Shown here: one piece after another, positions 50,113 to 61,717 of the stretch
Layout of the letters: every line of letters starts with the position of its first letter
How positions within the stretch are numbered: position 1 is the stretch's first letter
Assembly (NCBI RefSeq): GCF_006345805.1
Contig: NC_043018.1
Coordinates: 8,680,001-8,744,000, forward strand
Length of the DNA stretch: 64,000 nt
DNA from: Octopus sinensis
Taxonomy: Eukaryota
Reading direction: 5' to 3'
Made by a program: the position numbers and the translations under genes
The notes under the pieces: model-generated
Told to the model about the DNA's origin: nothing
What the model saw: the letters and a program-made list of their open reading frames with translations, nothing else
Databases searched by the model: none

Positions 50113-51060
50113 TCTTTTGTTCTGTTCTTTTACTTGTTTCAGTCATCTGACTGTGGCCATGCTGGAGCACCGCTTTGAAGGGTTTTAGTTGAACTAATCA
50201 ACCCTGGGACTTATTGCTTTTTAAAGCCTAGTACTTATTCTATTGGTCTCTTTTGCTGAACTGTTATGGGGATGTAAACACCCCAACACTGGCTGTCAGG
50301 TGGTGATGGAGGGACAAACACAAGCACAAAAACACACACACACACATGATGGGCTTCTTTCAGTCTCCATCTACCAAATCCACTCACAAGGCTTTGGTCG
50401 GCCCAAGGCTAAGATAGAAGACACTTGCCCAAGGTGCCACACAGTGGGACTGAACCTAGAACCTTCTAGTTGGGAAGCAAGCATCTTAGTACACAACCAC
50501 GAATCCCTACCCACTGTCCATTCTATAGAACTCTTTACTCTTTTACTTGTTTCAGTCATGTGACTGGCCATGCTTGAGCACCGCCTTTAGTCGAGCAAAT
50601 TGACCCCAGGACTTATTCTTTGGAAGCCTTGTACTTATTCTATCGGATCTCTTTGGCCGAACCGCTAAGTTACGGGGGACGTAAACACACCAGCACAGGT
50701 TGTCAAGTGATATTGGGGAGACAAACACAGACATACAAACACATACACACACACACACACACACAAACATATGTATATATATATATATACGATGGGCTAC
50801 TTTTCAGTTTCCATCTACCAAATCCACTCACAAGGCTTTGGTTGGCCCGAGGATATAGTAGAAGACACTTTCCCAAGGTGCTACGCAGTGGGATTGAACC
50901 TGGAACCATGTGGTTAGTAAGCAAGCTACTTACCACACAGCCACTTCTGCGCCTATTTTGATGAAAAAGTCTACAACTCTTCTACAATCTTTGATTTCTT
51001 CAAATCTGTTTCTGTTTTTTTTTATATTTTTTTTCACTCTTTTTTTTCACTCTTTTTCAG

Positions 51061-51280
51061 CGTAAGATGAATAAAGCTCGGAACCAATTGAGTCAGTTGT
51101 CGCTCGAAGAGAAGACCGAAGCTGAGGGGAACGAGAGCAAATGTGAGCAAGAGAAGGCCAATAACGAAGAGGATGAGAATGGAGAGGATGAGGAAGAAGA
51201 GGAGGAGGAAGTTGAGAATGAGAAAGAATCCCAAGAGAAAGCAGAAGAGACGAGGAGTAATTGTAAAGAAGATACTTCTG
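51061..51280 (+). CDS. USP16/USP45: USP16/45 exon 15, Glu-rich insertion (RKMNKARNQ...EDEEEEEEEVENEKE...EDTS)
   Basis: Long polypyrimidine tract ending ttcag, G|gtaagc donor, phase 0 to 1. Confidence 0.87.
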
Positions 51281-51594
51281 GTAAGCCATAGTGTTCCATT
51301 CATTGGTTTTGTACATTGACCTGCTAGAATTAGCAGCTAAATTTCACTCAAATGACACTTATTATTTAACAAGACACCTGTACTGTTTCCACCCTGTCAT
51401 ACTTCGGTCTCTCAACATCTAGCATAAACCACCTTCCTCCCTCTTGAATACTTATCTCCACCCATTGAGTCAAGGAGGCTTCTTCTAGTTTCCTTTTTTC
51501 CTGTTCTTGCTTTGTAAGTTTGTTTGGTGACAGATGGAAGACAGATGCTAAACAATAATATCAATGATGATATGTGTGTGTATATTTTATATTT

Positions 51595-52170
51595 AAAATA
51601 ATAATAATAATAATAATAATGAAATTATTGTATACAGTGCTCAGGTGCACCACAACTTGTCAGAGTATATGCAGTAATGTACAAATGTCTGGAAAGCGAA
51701 CAGTGTATGAGTCAGATACATGCTTGCGTGTGTATGGAGGGGAGAAAAATGTAGTGTTGGTGAGTCTCAGGAAGCATGGAAGTTTCGAAGGATGCAGTGC
51801 TCCGACAACTAACAACTGATGCCGGCAGTTTGTTCCATGCTTCAGAAACTCTTAGCATGAAAAAATGTTTCCGAAAGTCATGGGAGCTGTGCTGTTTTCT
51901 GACTTTGTAAACATGTCCACAGGTGTTAGACGGGTGGAATTTGAAAAGGTGCTCAGAGTTATTGTTTGTAAGATGGTTGATAATTTTATGGGTGTCTGCC
52001 AAGTCAGCTGCCAGACGTCGGAATTTCTATGTGTCCATGCCCAGGGAAGTGAGGTGTTCAGAATATGGCAAATGCTTGATGGAGGGTATTCTTTTGGTTG
52101 CACGTCGCTGAACGGCTTCCAGACAATTGATATCCTGGGCAAGATAGGGGTTCCAGACTGGTGATGGAAA
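51595..52170 (-). mobile_element. 3' fragment of a CR1/L2-type LINE with frameshifts
   Basis: Translates to ...ADTHKIINHL...NTCGHVYKVRKQHSSHDFRKHFFMLRVSEAWNKLPASVV, typical of the post-RT C-terminus; (TAT)n tail. Confidence 0.75.
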
Positions 52171-52529
52171 TTCCAGGTGAGGTCGTATCATAGCTATATA
52201 AAGCCGCAGATAGATAGTCGGAGAGCGGCTCAGGACTTGGTGAGTGATGCCAAGACACCCTCAGCCTTCTTGACAATTTTAGCGATGTGTTTTTAGGAAC
52301 GGCATCCAGCCATAGAAACCTTGCCAAAACAGACATTGGAGCTTAGTGCAGCTCTCTAGCTTACCAGATCCTGTCGGACCATCCAGTCCATGCTACCATG
52401 GAAAATTGTTAAATGGTGATAATAATGACATATTTGATATTATAGTTTTGGGTGGACTATTTCTGGAAGACAGCCTTTATGGGCATGGCTGGAATGGCTT
52501 CGATTAGAGGTTTACTCAGTCATAGCTAG

Positions 52530-52888
52530 TATTTTGGGAGGGTCATTATGCCAGTAATAAACACATGCACTGGCTCTATCTCACTTCTTTTATTATTTAT
52601 TTGTTGATTGGTTAACTATTTAGCCAATGAATTAATCAATGTTTGATTAATCATCCACTTGATCAATCAATCAGTTGTGTTTGTTAAAGTCCTTTTGTCA
52701 CTGTTTTCAACCTCATCAATCACATGCCCTCTCTGCTCCAGGCTGACAAACATGACTGATTGATTAACTGAATGATTAATCAAACAAATGATTAATCAAT
52801 TGATTAAATAGTTAACCAATTGATGAATAATGAAGTGAAATGCAAACAGTGTGTGTGTATTTATTGGCATAATGACTCTGCCAGGATA
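52530..52888. repeat. Long imperfect inverted repeat (foldback), arms about 150 bp
   Basis: gtcattatgccag...gattggttaactattt...gattaatcatcc...atcagttgtgtttgtt pairs with gacaaacatgactgat...aatgattaatc...aaatagttaaccaat...ttggcataatgac. Confidence 0.8.
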
Positions 52889-53656
52889 CAATAAAATTTG
52901 GTACAACATGAGTTCACATCATGAATTTTGGACACCAAAAATGAAATGTGTAATTGAACTTTTTAAGAAAATAATATTAACTGGTAATAATTATGAAGTT
53001 AGGGAGTAATGGGTGCAATTTTAATCATCATTCACTTTTCTAAGCTGGTATGTGTTGGATGTGACTTTTTAAGGCAATATTTTATGCCTGAATGCTCTTT
53101 CTGATGCCAACCTTCAATGAATAATATTTTGTATTATGTTGCAAAAAAGAAAACTTTGGACATGTTTCTGTCTTATTATGATCTCATCAGAGTAGAGTAC
53201 TTTTCATTATTATTTCTCCTTGTTATAGATATTTCTAGCAAGCAACCATGTACATGAAACTTTATTGACTCAACATGGTAACTATACTACAACATTCACA
53301 TGTTGTATTATGCTTACCACCAATTATTCATTTTGTACAAATGTCCAATCCATATTAGTGAAGGAATAAAGAAAACTAAAATATTAAAGCATTTTAGTAT
53401 TAAATCACTTTGCCACCCAAAATATTTGTTCAATATTAATCGTTAAATGCTGTTTTTATTTAAATATTTGAATTGTCTCATTTTCACTGTCAGTTTATAC
53501 ATTTGATGTAATTTTTCAGTTGTGTGTGTGTGTGTGTGTGTGCGTGTGCGTGTGGTTTTGGTGTAATTTTAAGACTGGGTGTGTGTACGTGTGTGTTTAG
53601 TGAGATTCTAACGTTATTTTTTCATTTTATTCTTTTACCTCTTAATTTTTTGAAAG

Positions 53657-54580
53657 ATGCAGATATTGAAGATAATATAGACAATGAAGGCAACCGTCTC
53701 CAAAATAAGGAGAACAGAAGTATATCAAAGAGTAAATTAGATGAAAGTTCTGGCTCTTTAAAGAAAGATTCGGAGAAGGATGAAGAATCTACCTTAAAAG
53801 AATCTATTAGTACAAACCATGTAGAAAATTCCTCAGTGGATTCTTTGCAACATCCACTGGAAACTCTAGACCAAAACGCTACATACTGTACAGAAACAGG
53901 AAATATAGAGAATAAAATTAGTTATGAAACAAATCGGTTGCCCTCTCTAGAATTGAATGAAAATGTAATATCTCGGGGCAGCCTGGACAAAGATTCTAGT
54001 TTGAATGACATGGAAGAGGACAGCAATAGAATGGCTTCATTTGACACTTTCTCTTCCATGGAAATAGCAAATCATACAGATAGTTCCATCAAACCATCTT
54101 TCTCTGATGAGTTGGAGAAAGGAGCTATTGAAGCTTCGGAATCGGTGTCCAAATGCTTCAGTACTGAAACCTTACCGGAGGCGCCAGCCAAAATGGTATC
54201 CATTCACGAAGAAATACAGTGCGAAGGGGAGAACAACTCGCATGGTTTAGGCCATACTCTTAGTTCTGTGGCGACAAAATCGTCAATGTGTGTTGCTCAG
54301 ATGTTATCAAACTGTAGCCAGGGCCCTCCACTCGCCCATCCAGAAGAAGGTGACCTCGACGATCTTGATGACAAAGAATATGTCAACATGAGTTCAATCA
54401 AACGCCAGGCGCAAGCCAAGTCTATGTCCACCCTAACACCTCGATCTCGTTTAACGACCCGCAAGTGCTCCATCTTGTCATCTTTACACCAGTTCACATC
54501 GGCAGAACTTCTAACGGGCAATAACAAAGTACGGTGTAAAAACTGCAGCCAGAGGAAAGAGAAACATTCTTCAAGTAACA
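53657..54580 (+). CDS. USP16/USP45: USP16/45 exon 16, large exon (DADIED...CSILSSLHQFTSAELLTGNNKVRCKNC...)
   Basis: Lies within ORF 53524-54729; QFT..ELL.GNNK..C..C motif; donor A|gtaagt. Start may instead be 53663. Confidence 0.92.
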
Positions 54581-55199
54581 GTAAGTTGGTATTTCTGTTT
54601 CTTTTACGTGATTTTTTTAATGTTTTATCTCTTGTTTCAGTCATTGGACTGCGGCCATGCTGGGGCACCGCCTTGAAGGGTTTTTTTTTTTACTCGAACG
54701 AATTGACTCTAGTACTTATATATTTTTAAAACCAGATACTTATTCTATTGGTCTCTTTTACCAAACCATTTTGAACTTTTCCTCTTGTTTCTTCCTTTTC
54801 CCCTTTTCAAACATCCCTTCTTTTTTTTTTCTTTCTTTCATCTCTGTATTTTTTTCGTATTTTACTCTTTCAGTCCGTTATTCTCTATTATACCTTCCTT
54901 TAATCGTTGTTCAAGAAACATTGGTTTTTTTTTTCCTATTGTTTCTTGAGGATTTTTCCATAGTTTAGTATTGACTCTGTGTGTGTGTGTGTGTGTGTGC
55001 ATAAAAACTGGCCAGATAACAGAAGTGAGAGAATTTATGGTTATTCTATCCTTCAACACCTACAAATACGTGCACACACACTGATAAATATAATTGTGCT
55101 GTGACAGAATGAACAGACTACACATCAGAATGTATCATGGCAATTCTTTGAACCCTTATCCTTATTATGATAGATATTTATAAGTTCATACTTGAACCG

Positions 55200-55320
55200 G
55201 AGTCTTTGCTGTTGAGCCTTGATTACTAAGTCTTTATCACTGAGCCTTTGTTACTGATTCTTTGAGCACAGTTATTTGTCACAGAGCCTTTGTTACTGAG
55301 TGTTTGTCTCTGAGCTTTCT
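55200..55320. repeat. 14-bp minisatellite (gagcctttgttact)n
   Basis: About 8 degenerate tandem units. Confidence 0.65.
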
Positions 55321-55366
55321 ATTTAATAAAAGATATTTTGGCTTCCATCTACTCAGTGAAGCAATA

Positions 55367-55595
55367 TTAACCCTTTCATTACTGTATTTATTTTGAGATG
55401 CTCTTTGTTTCATTCAATTACTTTAAATATAACAAAGAATTTAGTAAAATAACTTAGTTATCATTCAGCTAGTGTTGGGAAGATAAATTGTGACTAAGGT
55501 TTGGTGGTATATTTTAATGCAAAACTTATGAAAACAAGACATTTGTACTACAGAGCCAGAGGCGGTTTTGGCCAGGTTGGTAATGAAAGGGTTAA
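55367..55595 (+). mobile_element. piggyBac-like MITE family A
   Basis: ttaaccctttcattac ... gtaatgaaagggttaa. Confidence 0.8.
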
Positions 55596-55796
55596 TGGCT
55601 TTTTAAAAACCTTTCCAATAGTCAAAACCATATTTTATGTTCCAGTGAATACTTGTTAACATTCCATAAAAATCACAAACCACAAAATCAAAAATCTGTT
55701 TTCTTCAGAAGGGAACAAAACCCACCATCAACACAAAACTTCTTTTCCTCATCCACCTCCCAGCAACTTCCATTTTTTAGTTTTGTATAAGAACAA

Positions 55797-55836
<40 letters not shown>

Positions 55837-55870
55837 CACCATTTATTCATCTCTCTCTCTCTATTTCCAG

Positions 55871-55962
55871 AAAAGGAAGCTATTTACACAAATGCCAGTA
55901 AGCAGTTCCTTATATTTAGACCACCAGCCATTCTGACACTTCACCTGAAGAGATTTGAACAG
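55871..55962 (+). CDS. USP16/USP45: USP16/45 exon 17 (KEAIYTNASKQFLIFRPPAILTLHLKRFEQ)
   Basis: ctatttccag acceptor, CAG|gtaacc donor, YTNA.KQ and LHLKRF motifs. Confidence 0.95.
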
Positions 55963-56258
55963 GTAACCATGTCTTGTCATGCCTCCTACCCCTTTTCACC
56001 TGTGGCACTGTCATCACAGCTTTGGTCTTCATTCCATTCAATCTTTCATTCCTCTCCTTCACTCACAGAGTTCTTCCTGCTTCTCAATTACTTTTCTTAT
56101 TCCATTGTGTGTGCATGTTTGTTTCTAAGCTTGTTTGTGTGCATTTGTGTATGTGTGTGCATGCTTATGTGTATGTGGTAGTATGTGTATGCATGTCTGT
56201 GTGTATATGTATGCTTGTGTGTGTCTGTATTTGTGTGTGTATTTCATGTTGCTGGTGA

Positions 56259-56590
56259 AGGTGCATGGCTCAGTGGTTAGAGCGTTGAGCTTACGACCAT
56301 GAGGTGGTGAGTTTGATTCCCAGACTGGGTAGTATGTTCTTGAGCAAGACGCTTTATTTCATATTGCTCCAGTTCACTCAGCTACTGAAATGAGTTGCGA
56401 TGTCACAGGTGCCAAGCTGTATCAGCCTTTGCCTTTCCCTTGGACAACATTGGTGGCATGGAGAAGGGAGGTTGGTATGCATGGGTGACTGCTGGCTCTC
56501 ACAAACAACCTTGCCTGGACCTGTGCCTTGGAGGGGAACTTTCTAGATGCAATCTCCTGGTCATTCATGACCAAAGAGGGTCTTTACCCA
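56259..56590 (+). mobile_element. tRNA-derived SINE (head ggtgcatggctcagtggttagagc)
   Basis: A/B boxes; related copies at 32250-32610(-) and 16430-16645(+). Confidence 0.7.
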
Positions 56591-57129
56591 TTATATGTGT
56601 GTGTGTATATATGTACATGCAAGTTCATGTGTGTATACATGTGCTGGCACACACACACACACACACACTAGATATATATGATAGGTTTCTTTAAGTTCCT
56701 GCCTACCAAATCCTCTTAAAAGGCTTTGGTCTCACTGAGACTATTGTAGAAGACACATGCCCAAGGTGCTATGCAGTGGGATTGAACCTGGGACCATGTG
56801 GTTCTATAGTCAGGTACAGGTACATTTGTGTGGATGTCTAAGGGAATATATTTATGTGTGAATATAATTATTTAGGTATGACTTTGCATATATGTATTGT
56901 ATTTGTGTTTATATTTCCTAATATATGTATATTGGTGTCCATATGTGTATATACCTGTTTGTATATCTGTATTAATTGTATTAATATGTAAATCTTTGGT
57001 GCTTTCTTTTTTTTTTTTGTTTGAGAAACAGTTTGTTTTAATACAACCAAAATATTTTAAACATCCACTTGTTATATTCAGCAACTTTCAACCAAGTTTG
57101 TTTGAATTGAAAAACTCCTTTCCCCTGAA

Positions 57130-57770
57130 TATCCATTGATCTCTGTTATTGACACCCCTCCCACCTTTGTTCATCACTCACTATTTCCACCCCTACATAC
57201 CTCTGATCTCTGCTGGCAACTAATAACTGATGCTGGCAGTCTGTTCCATACCTCAGCAACTCTCAGCATGAAAAAATGTTTTCTAAAGTCATGGGAGCTG
57301 TGCTGTTTTCTGACGTTGTAAACATGTCCATGGGTGTTAGACGGGTGGAGTTTGATAAGGTGCTCAGAGTTGTTGTTTGTAAGATGGTTGATAATTTTAT
57401 GGGTGTCTGCCAAGTCAGCTGCCAGACGTCGGAGTTTCAATGTGTATGGAGGGGAGAAAATCAAGTGTAGTGTTGGCGAATTTCAGGAAGCATGGAAGTT
57501 TTGAAGGATGCTGTGCTCTGACAACTAACAACTGATGCCGGCAGTTTGTTCCATGCTTCAGCAACTCTCAGCGTGAAAAAATGTTTCCTAAAGTCATGGG
57601 AGCTGTGCTGTTTTCTGACTTTGTAAATATGTCCACGGGTGTTAGACGGGTGGAGTTTGAAAAAGTGCTCAGAATTATTGTTTGTAAGATGGTTGATAAT
57701 TTTATGGGTGTCTGCCAAGTCAGCTGCCAGACGTCGGAGTTTCAATGTATCAATGGGAGTTTCAATCATT
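57130..57770 (-). mobile_element. Two tandem CR1/L2-type LINE 3' fragments
   Basis: ORFs 57174-57464 and 57461-57769 both encode LRRLAADL...T(R/H)GH...RKHFF.LRV.E.WN.LP. Confidence 0.78.
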
Positions 57771-57841
57771 TATTAAATGATTAAGAGTAATTTGCATATT
57801 TTATTCAGTTAATCCCTTTCAATACAGTGTGACATAAGTAA

Positions 57842-58071
57842 TTAACCCTTTTGTTACTGTATTTATTTTGAGATGCTCTGTGTTTCTTTCAATTAATTTT
57901 AAATATAACAAAGAATTTAGTAAAATAATTTAGTTATCATTAAGTTAGTGTTAGGAACATAAATTGTGACTAAGGTTTAGTGGAAGATTTTAATTGAGAA
58001 GTTTTGAAAACAAGACATTTGTATTACAGAGCCAGAGCCGGTTTCAGCCAGGTTGGTAACGAAAGGGTTAA
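57842..58071 (+). mobile_element. piggyBac-like MITE family A
   Basis: ttaacccttttgttac ... gtaacgaaagggttaa. Confidence 0.8.
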
Positions 58072-58189
58072 CTTTCACCATGGCTACCCATTGGTTCTAA
58101 AATAAATGTTGTAATTATTGTTGTTGCTGTCCCTGACCGATCTGTTATTTAAGATGTTGGTAATGTTCTGTATTTGTCTTGTTTTCCAG

Positions 58190-58276
58190 ATTGGTTTCAG
58201 TACCCGCAAGGTTAACCGTCATGTAGAGTTCCCATTTCTCCTGGATATTGCACCATTCTGCAGTTCATTGAGTCAG
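58190..58276 (+). CDS. USP16/USP45: USP16/45 exon 18 ([29 protein letters not shown])
   Basis: gttttccag acceptor, CAG|gtaaac donor, KVNRHV.FP..LD.APFC motif. Confidence 0.95.
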
Positions 58277-58368
58277 GTAAACAGCAGGGGCTCATTCCTC
58301 AGCTTAACCCTTCCGTTACTGTATTTATTTCGAGATGCTCTGTGTTTCTTTCAATTACTTTAAATATA

Positions 58369-58802
58369 GATAGATTTTTTAATAATATATTATTATTATT
58401 AATACAAGGAAATTAATATCCAAACTCATCATAAAGATATACCCGTGTGAAAGAACTTATTGTATTAAAAATATATATAAATAAATAAATATAAAAATAT
58501 AAATATAATGTATAAAATAAATTTGATAGTTAAAAAGTTTTGAATTAATTTTTTTAAGTATCTTACAATCGTTTCGCAGAAGGGTTGTCTCTATAATGAA
58601 ATCCTATATTGATAAGCATTTATAGACAACTCTTCTGCTCTTCAGAGATATAAAATATAAAATATGAATATTGTATGATAGTTTTTAAAAAAAATTTGAA
58701 GTAAAATTGTAAAATGATGTTTGTTTGAAATGTAAAATAAAAATTAAAAATTCCTACTTTTGATGAGAGTCTTTAAATCCATATATATTTCCTTGGTTAT
58801 TC
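58369..58802 (-). mobile_element. Short non-autonomous Penelope-like/retrozyme-like insertion carrying the hammerhead
   Basis: Interrupts a piggyBac-like MITE; flanked by 13-bp direct repeat tactttaaatata (58356-58368, 58803-58815). Confidence 0.65.
58559..58650 (-). ncRNA. Type I hammerhead ribozyme motif with intact core
   Basis: Minus strand: UAUCU-CUGAAGA-GCAGAAGAGUUGUCU...AGACAACCCUUCUGC-GAAA-CGAUUG-UA-AGAUA; stems I, II and short III all pair. Confidence 0.8.
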
Positions 58803-59580
58803 TACTTTAAATATAACAAAGAATTTAGTAAAGTAACTTTGTTATCATTAAACTAGTGTTAGGAACATAAATTGTGACTAAGGTTTGGTGGAAGATTTTA
58901 ATTCAAAACTTATGAAAACAAGACATTTGTACTCAGAACCAGAGCTGGTTTCAGCCAGGTTGGTCACGAAATGGTTAAACATGGGTTTACTTGCTACCGT
59001 TTACTTCATACTCACTCAACCCCCCCCCCCCAACACACACAAACTATCTCTCTCTCATATTTTAGAATTAAAAAATTATTTCGATATTTTAAAAATGGTT
59101 TTGAAATTTTTATTTAAATACTTTCAAATTAAATTTTGATGCATAAAAATTTAACTCGATTTAAATTATTTATAAAAAGAATTGAATATTACTTCAAGTA
59201 TTTTCTAATTCCTGAAATTTAAATATTTCTCAAATTTAGTTTTATTTCACTCATTTCATCATCACCATCATTTAGTGTGTCCATTTTTCCATGTTAGCAT
59301 GGCGGGACAGTTTTATTGAGGCATATTTTCTACGGCCAGATGCCTTTCCTGTTGCCAACCCTTGTCCGCTTCTGAATAAAGTTATATTACCCTGTGGCCA
59401 GATACATTTGCCCAGAATAGTGGAAATGAATGAAATTCATTTACAACAATCGGAGGCAAACTTCACCATACTGCCATGTTTGCACCTAATTTTATTAAAA
59501 AAAGTAATATTCAGTTAATATTCTTCAAATATTTTGTAAGCAATTCTTTGACTAAATTTTATTGTTTTATTCATTTCCAG

Positions 59581-59949
59581 TACGTGAAGGCAGGTCAGAA
59601 GAAAGTGCTGTACTCCCTGTACGGCATTGTCGAACACAGCGGCCGGTTATCAGGGGGCCATTACACTGCCTACATCAAAGTCTGTAAGAACAACCTGAAT
59701 AAAGCGAATAACTTTGTGGCCCAGAAGAGGTTGAATCCCAAGGAATACATCATGCAGTACAGAGAGTCTCTGTTGAAAGGGGACAGCAACATCTCTGCTG
59801 CCGAGACCGAAGAAGAAGAGGTCGATCCGGAGAGTTTGGTACCAACTGGGAAATGGTACCACATTAGTGATACCCTTGTTCGAGAGGTGCCAGAATCACT
59901 TGTGGAGAAAGCACAAGCATACCTCCTTTTCTATGAAAGGATTTATTGA
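59581..59949 (+). CDS. USP16/USP45: USP16/45 exon 19, last coding exon with His box (YSLYGIVEHSGRLSGGHYTAYIK...WYHISD...AYLLFYERIY*)
   Basis: tcatttccag acceptor; catalytic His and Asp motifs; TGA at 59947-59949. Confidence 0.96.
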   Translation, partial: YVKAGQKKVLYSLYGIVEHSGRLSGGHYTAYIKVCKNNLNKANNFVAQKRLNPKEYIMQYRESLLKGDSNISAAETEEEEVDPESLVPTGKWYHISDTLVREVPESLVEKAQAYLLFYERIY

Positions 59950-60054
59950 CAATTTTTGCCCGGTTTTCTAATTTTTTTTTCAATTAGGAAAATAATTAAA
60001 AGTAAACAAAAAAAAAAATCTGTTTTTTATCTTTTTTTTTTCAAACAAAACTCG

Positions 60055-60212
60055 TGTGTTTATGTTTGTGTGTGTGTATGTGTGTGAGGGTATGTTTGGG
60101 TGTGTATGTGTGTGAGAGTGTATATGTGTGAGGGTGTATATGTGTGTTTGTGTGTGAGGGTGTATTTGTGTGTGAGGGTGTGTATGTGCGTGAGGGTGTG
60201 TATGTGTGTGTG
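60055..60212. repeat. TG-rich (gtgtgagggtgtat)n repeat in the putative 3' UTR
   Basis: Direct reading; (TAC)n(TAA)n tract follows at 60718-60790. Confidence 0.8.
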
Positions 60213-60716
60213 AAAGAGAGAGAATGTGAACATTACTTGCCAGTATATTTGTAAATACAAACATTTCCCAAGTCTCCCTCAAAGGGGGCTGTCTTCTTTC
60301 CCTGTGAAAAACTAAACAAATGTTAAGGTTAATTGTACAAAACTTTACGAAAACGAAAAAAAAAAGGGAAAGAAAATGATTAAATTTGTTACAACCATTA
60401 TTTATTCCAGAAACTGGAATTTATACAATTAGTTATATATAGATTTATATACATGCCATCTGTTTTTTTTTTTTTTGTTTTTTTTTTTCTTTCCATGCCT
60501 TTAGTTTGAACCCCTTCGATTCATTACTCTGCTCCCATACTACGCGCACGCACACACACACTCACACATACTCTCCCCCCTCTCTCTCTATGCACCACAG
60601 TACCGACCCCTCACACCTCATACCTAAAACTAATAATTTCAGTTAGTGTCTTATCTTTTGCCATACACATTTTTCAGATCTTCAAAATTTTTCACAATAA
60701 TGAATGATGATTGATG

Positions 60717-60787
<71 letters not shown>

Positions 60788-61711
60788 TGATAATGATGAA
60801 CATCAATGGTGACAAAAGGTTTAAATATTTTTTCTACTTCATTTTGAAGAGATGACAAACTTCTATATCTCAAATCATATTTGAGGATTATAAAACAAGA
60901 ATTGAATGGAAGGTGTTAATTTAAGAGATTTCATCATTAGTAAAATAACTTGGTTATTGGAAATATTGAGAAGATTTTGTGTTTTTTAAAATGATTGAAT
61001 TCGTTAACTCTTTGGCTGCCCAAAACGTTTTCATAAGTTTGTCTTAAACAGCCAAGCTTATCTCCAAACTTTTAGTTCATCTTGTTTCATGTGTCCTGAG
61101 TAACGTAAAGCTTTTCTTTCATAAATCCCAAATTGCTCTGGTAATTAAAAAAAAATGGGAATATTTATCAGATCTGATTCATGCAGGCCAAGGAAATGTC
61201 TTGTGTATCACATAGGATACACAAGACAGACAAAGGATTAACTTTTATCTGTGATTTAAGATCCTTTTTAGTGTTTGTGGAGGTAGAGGTGTGTTCAAGT
61301 CAGTTTGTACATTCTAAAAATGATTTTTTTTTCCATTTCGTTTGGGGTGGGCATGGAAGTACTAATATAATATTTGATATAAGAGAATTTCTGGTTGAGA
61401 CCTGCTGAAGTTTTTTTTTTAAAACCCCTCTGGCATTTTCTTAAATTTCCGACCAAACAAGACTGTTTATCACCTCTACCTCACTCCCTTATAATAAACT
61501 TGCCCCCCTCCCTGCAAACTAAACTCCTCCCTCCCAGTCATCCCGTCTCCATCCCCCAATGAACTCCCTCCATTCAACCACATTGACCTCACCAATCAGG
61601 GACAGACACTGTTCTCTCCCGTCTCAAATTAATTACTTTTCCATCTGATCTCTGACAGTTGTACTTTTATGTACTAACAATGTCTTGCGTCACAATGTGC
61701 CATTGTGGCAC

Positions 61712-61717
61712 AATAAA
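61712..61717 (+). terminator. Candidate polyadenylation signal of USP16/45
   Basis: AATAAA followed by a GT-rich stretch, about 1.8 kb after the stop; another AATAAA at 61493. Confidence 0.3.

Larger units (their letters stand above)
58304..58978 (+). mobile_element. piggyBac-like MITE family A split by the hammerhead-bearing insertion
   Basis: TTAA ends; MITE sequence resumes after 58802. Confidence 0.75.
11512..59949 (+). other. USP16/USP45: Gene span (start to stop codon) of ubiquitin carboxyl-terminal hydrolase 16/45-like, 19 coding exons, about 1026 aa
   Basis: Exons join at GT-AG boundaries with matching phases into a 3081-nt ORF containing a ZnF-UBP domain and all USP boxes, in the order and with the motifs of vertebrate USP16/USP45. 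Confidence 0.93.

Noticed and set aside
53524-53656. N-terminal part of the 401-aa ORF
   Set aside because: Intronic TG repeat and polypyrimidine tract read through in frame; the real exon starts at 53657 or 53663.
54297-54668. 123-aa minus-strand ORF
   Set aside because: Antisense shadow of USP exon 16 that begins in a SINE fragment.
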